Assembly: GCA_963785305.1 (NCBI GenBank)
Contig: CAWAUV010000001.1
Coordinates: forward strand, 150,132 to 214,131
Reading direction: 5' to 3'
Source: an uncultured Planctomycetaceae bacterium
GTDB taxonomy: Bacteria > Planctomycetota > Planctomycetia > Pirellulales > PALSA-1355
Length of the DNA stretch: 64,000 nt
Positions 63,101 to 64,000 of the stretch are shown here, piece after piece. The notes beneath the pieces were generated by a model. The model did not search any database. It saw only the letters and a list, made by a program, of their open reading frames with translations, and was not told the origin of the DNA. The first letter of the stretch is position 1, and the number at the start of each line of letters is the position of its first letter. Both the position numbers and the translations under genes were made by a program.

Positions 63101-64000
63101 TACCGGCACGACCACCGTGAACGGAAACGAACTAATCCTGGGCGCCACGACCGCCTTGGGGTCGTCCACCGCGATCCAGCTTGGTGGCGGAGTGCAGTCC
63201 TCGGGAGGCACGGTCACTGCGGGCGGCGGCTTCATTCGCTTCGGCGTCACCGGCCTGACCGTGAGCCAGGCAGTCACCCTGACGCCAGGCTCCTACGGCG
63301 GTTTCGACACCACGTCGTTCTCCGGCACGGTCAGCGGCAATATCACCGGCGCTGGCAACCTCGTGAAAATCAATGGAAACACGCTCACCCTTTCGGGAGC
63401 CAACACCTACACCGGCCAGACCTTCATCTATGGCGGCACGGTCAGCCTGGCCGCGGCTGGCGCCTTGCCGAATACCCAGGTGAATAACTTCGGCACGTTG
63501 GCCTTCGCTCCGTCGACCGCCGCGAGCATGAATTTCAGTGGCAATATCGTGGGCAACGGCGCCGTGACCGTGAACGACGCGGCAAATACGGTCACATTGA
63601 CCGGCGTCGACAGCTACACCGGCGGCACGACGGTCACGGCCGGCACGCTCGCCGGCACGGCCGCCAGCAGCTTGGTCGGCTCGATCGCCAATTCCGGAAC
63701 CGTGAACTTCATTGACAACAACGCCGCCACGAATGTGTTTAGCGGCGTCATTACCGGCTCCGGCGCCGTGACATTCAATCTCGGCGCGGGCGCCTCCGAT
63801 GTGCTCTCCGGCCCAAATACCTACACCGGCGCCACGACCGTGGCCAGCGGCACGCTCATCTTGCAGAACAGCCCGTCGATCACTTCGATCAACACCTTGG
63901 GCAACACCGCCGTGACGGTGGCCAGCGGCGCGACCTTGGCGCCGCAAGTCGCGAGTTCGACCGTTACATCGGTCACCATTGGTTCGGGCGCCAACACCTC
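39192..64000 (+). CDS. Giant secreted autotransporter-associated beta-strand-repeat (PATR) adhesin-like protein, >8,200 aa, 3' end outside window; apparent frameshifts ~40537, ~45655, ~52223, ~59246, ~60064
   Basis: GGAG RBS and ATG 39192 with a signal-like N-terminus. Dozens of L.K.G.GTL.LSG.NTYTGGT....GTL repeats in a G/T/S/A/N-rich sequence. Consecutive ORFs 39024, 40562, 45175, 52286, 59275 and an open frame from ~60065 continue the same repeat pattern across each junction. Confidence 0.85.
50551..50980 (+). other. PA14 domain 1 within the giant protein
   Basis: GGLKGQYF...YTGLLNVTTAGIYTFTAATDDSLKLSVDG...IYLTVGEHFIDL...YGGPD. Confidence 0.75.
60537..61030 (+). other. PA14 domain 2 within the giant protein
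   Basis: SGLTARF...FLGKIDIVTPGYYSFTTGSDDGSRLFIDN...IYLTAGLHEIDVLYNQGGGG...WSGPG (read by hand from the open frame). Confidence 0.8.

Noticed and set aside
40412..63947. Many long minus-strand ORFs (up to 692 aa) opposite the giant gene
   Set aside because: These are antisense shadows of a GC-rich, codon-biased repeat gene. They are R/G/A-rich with no family motifs or RBS.
39192..64000. Possible CRISPR array or DNA tandem repeat in the repetitive right half
   Set aside because: The repetition is at protein level with degenerate codons. There are no identical 25-45 bp repeats with spacers and no cas genes.

Overview
A GC-rich bacterial window with Planctomycetota (Pirellulales-like) hallmarks: TIGR03000, DUF1559 prepilin/H-X9-DG, DUF1570 and ThuA/cytochrome c fusion proteins. 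The left 36 kb holds envelope and metabolic genes: an HTTM pair, a Tat-exported Gfo/Idh/MocA oxidoreductase, lpxK-murC-murB-ftsQ-like, an FAH-family hydrolase, a ~2,260-aa ThuA/LamG/PA14/penta-heme fusion, a putative alphaCTD/sigma4-like regulator, hpnE, a di-heme cytochrome, YyaL, larC, glpD and DUF2306. There is also an atypical tRNA-Val(GAC)-like gene. At 36.2-38.3 kb an ISAzo13-family element has its transposase interrupted by a 185-bp MITE with a 5-bp target duplication, and it abuts a decaying tandem pair of DUF1559 genes. The right 25 kb is one giant (>8,200 aa, runs off the window) secreted autotransporter-associated beta-strand-repeat protein with two PA14 domains and four copies of an inserted ~65-aa module. 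About 20 single-base frameshifts, including in murC and lpxK, are most likely sequencing or assembly errors. All family assignments come from motif recognition by eye, not database searches.
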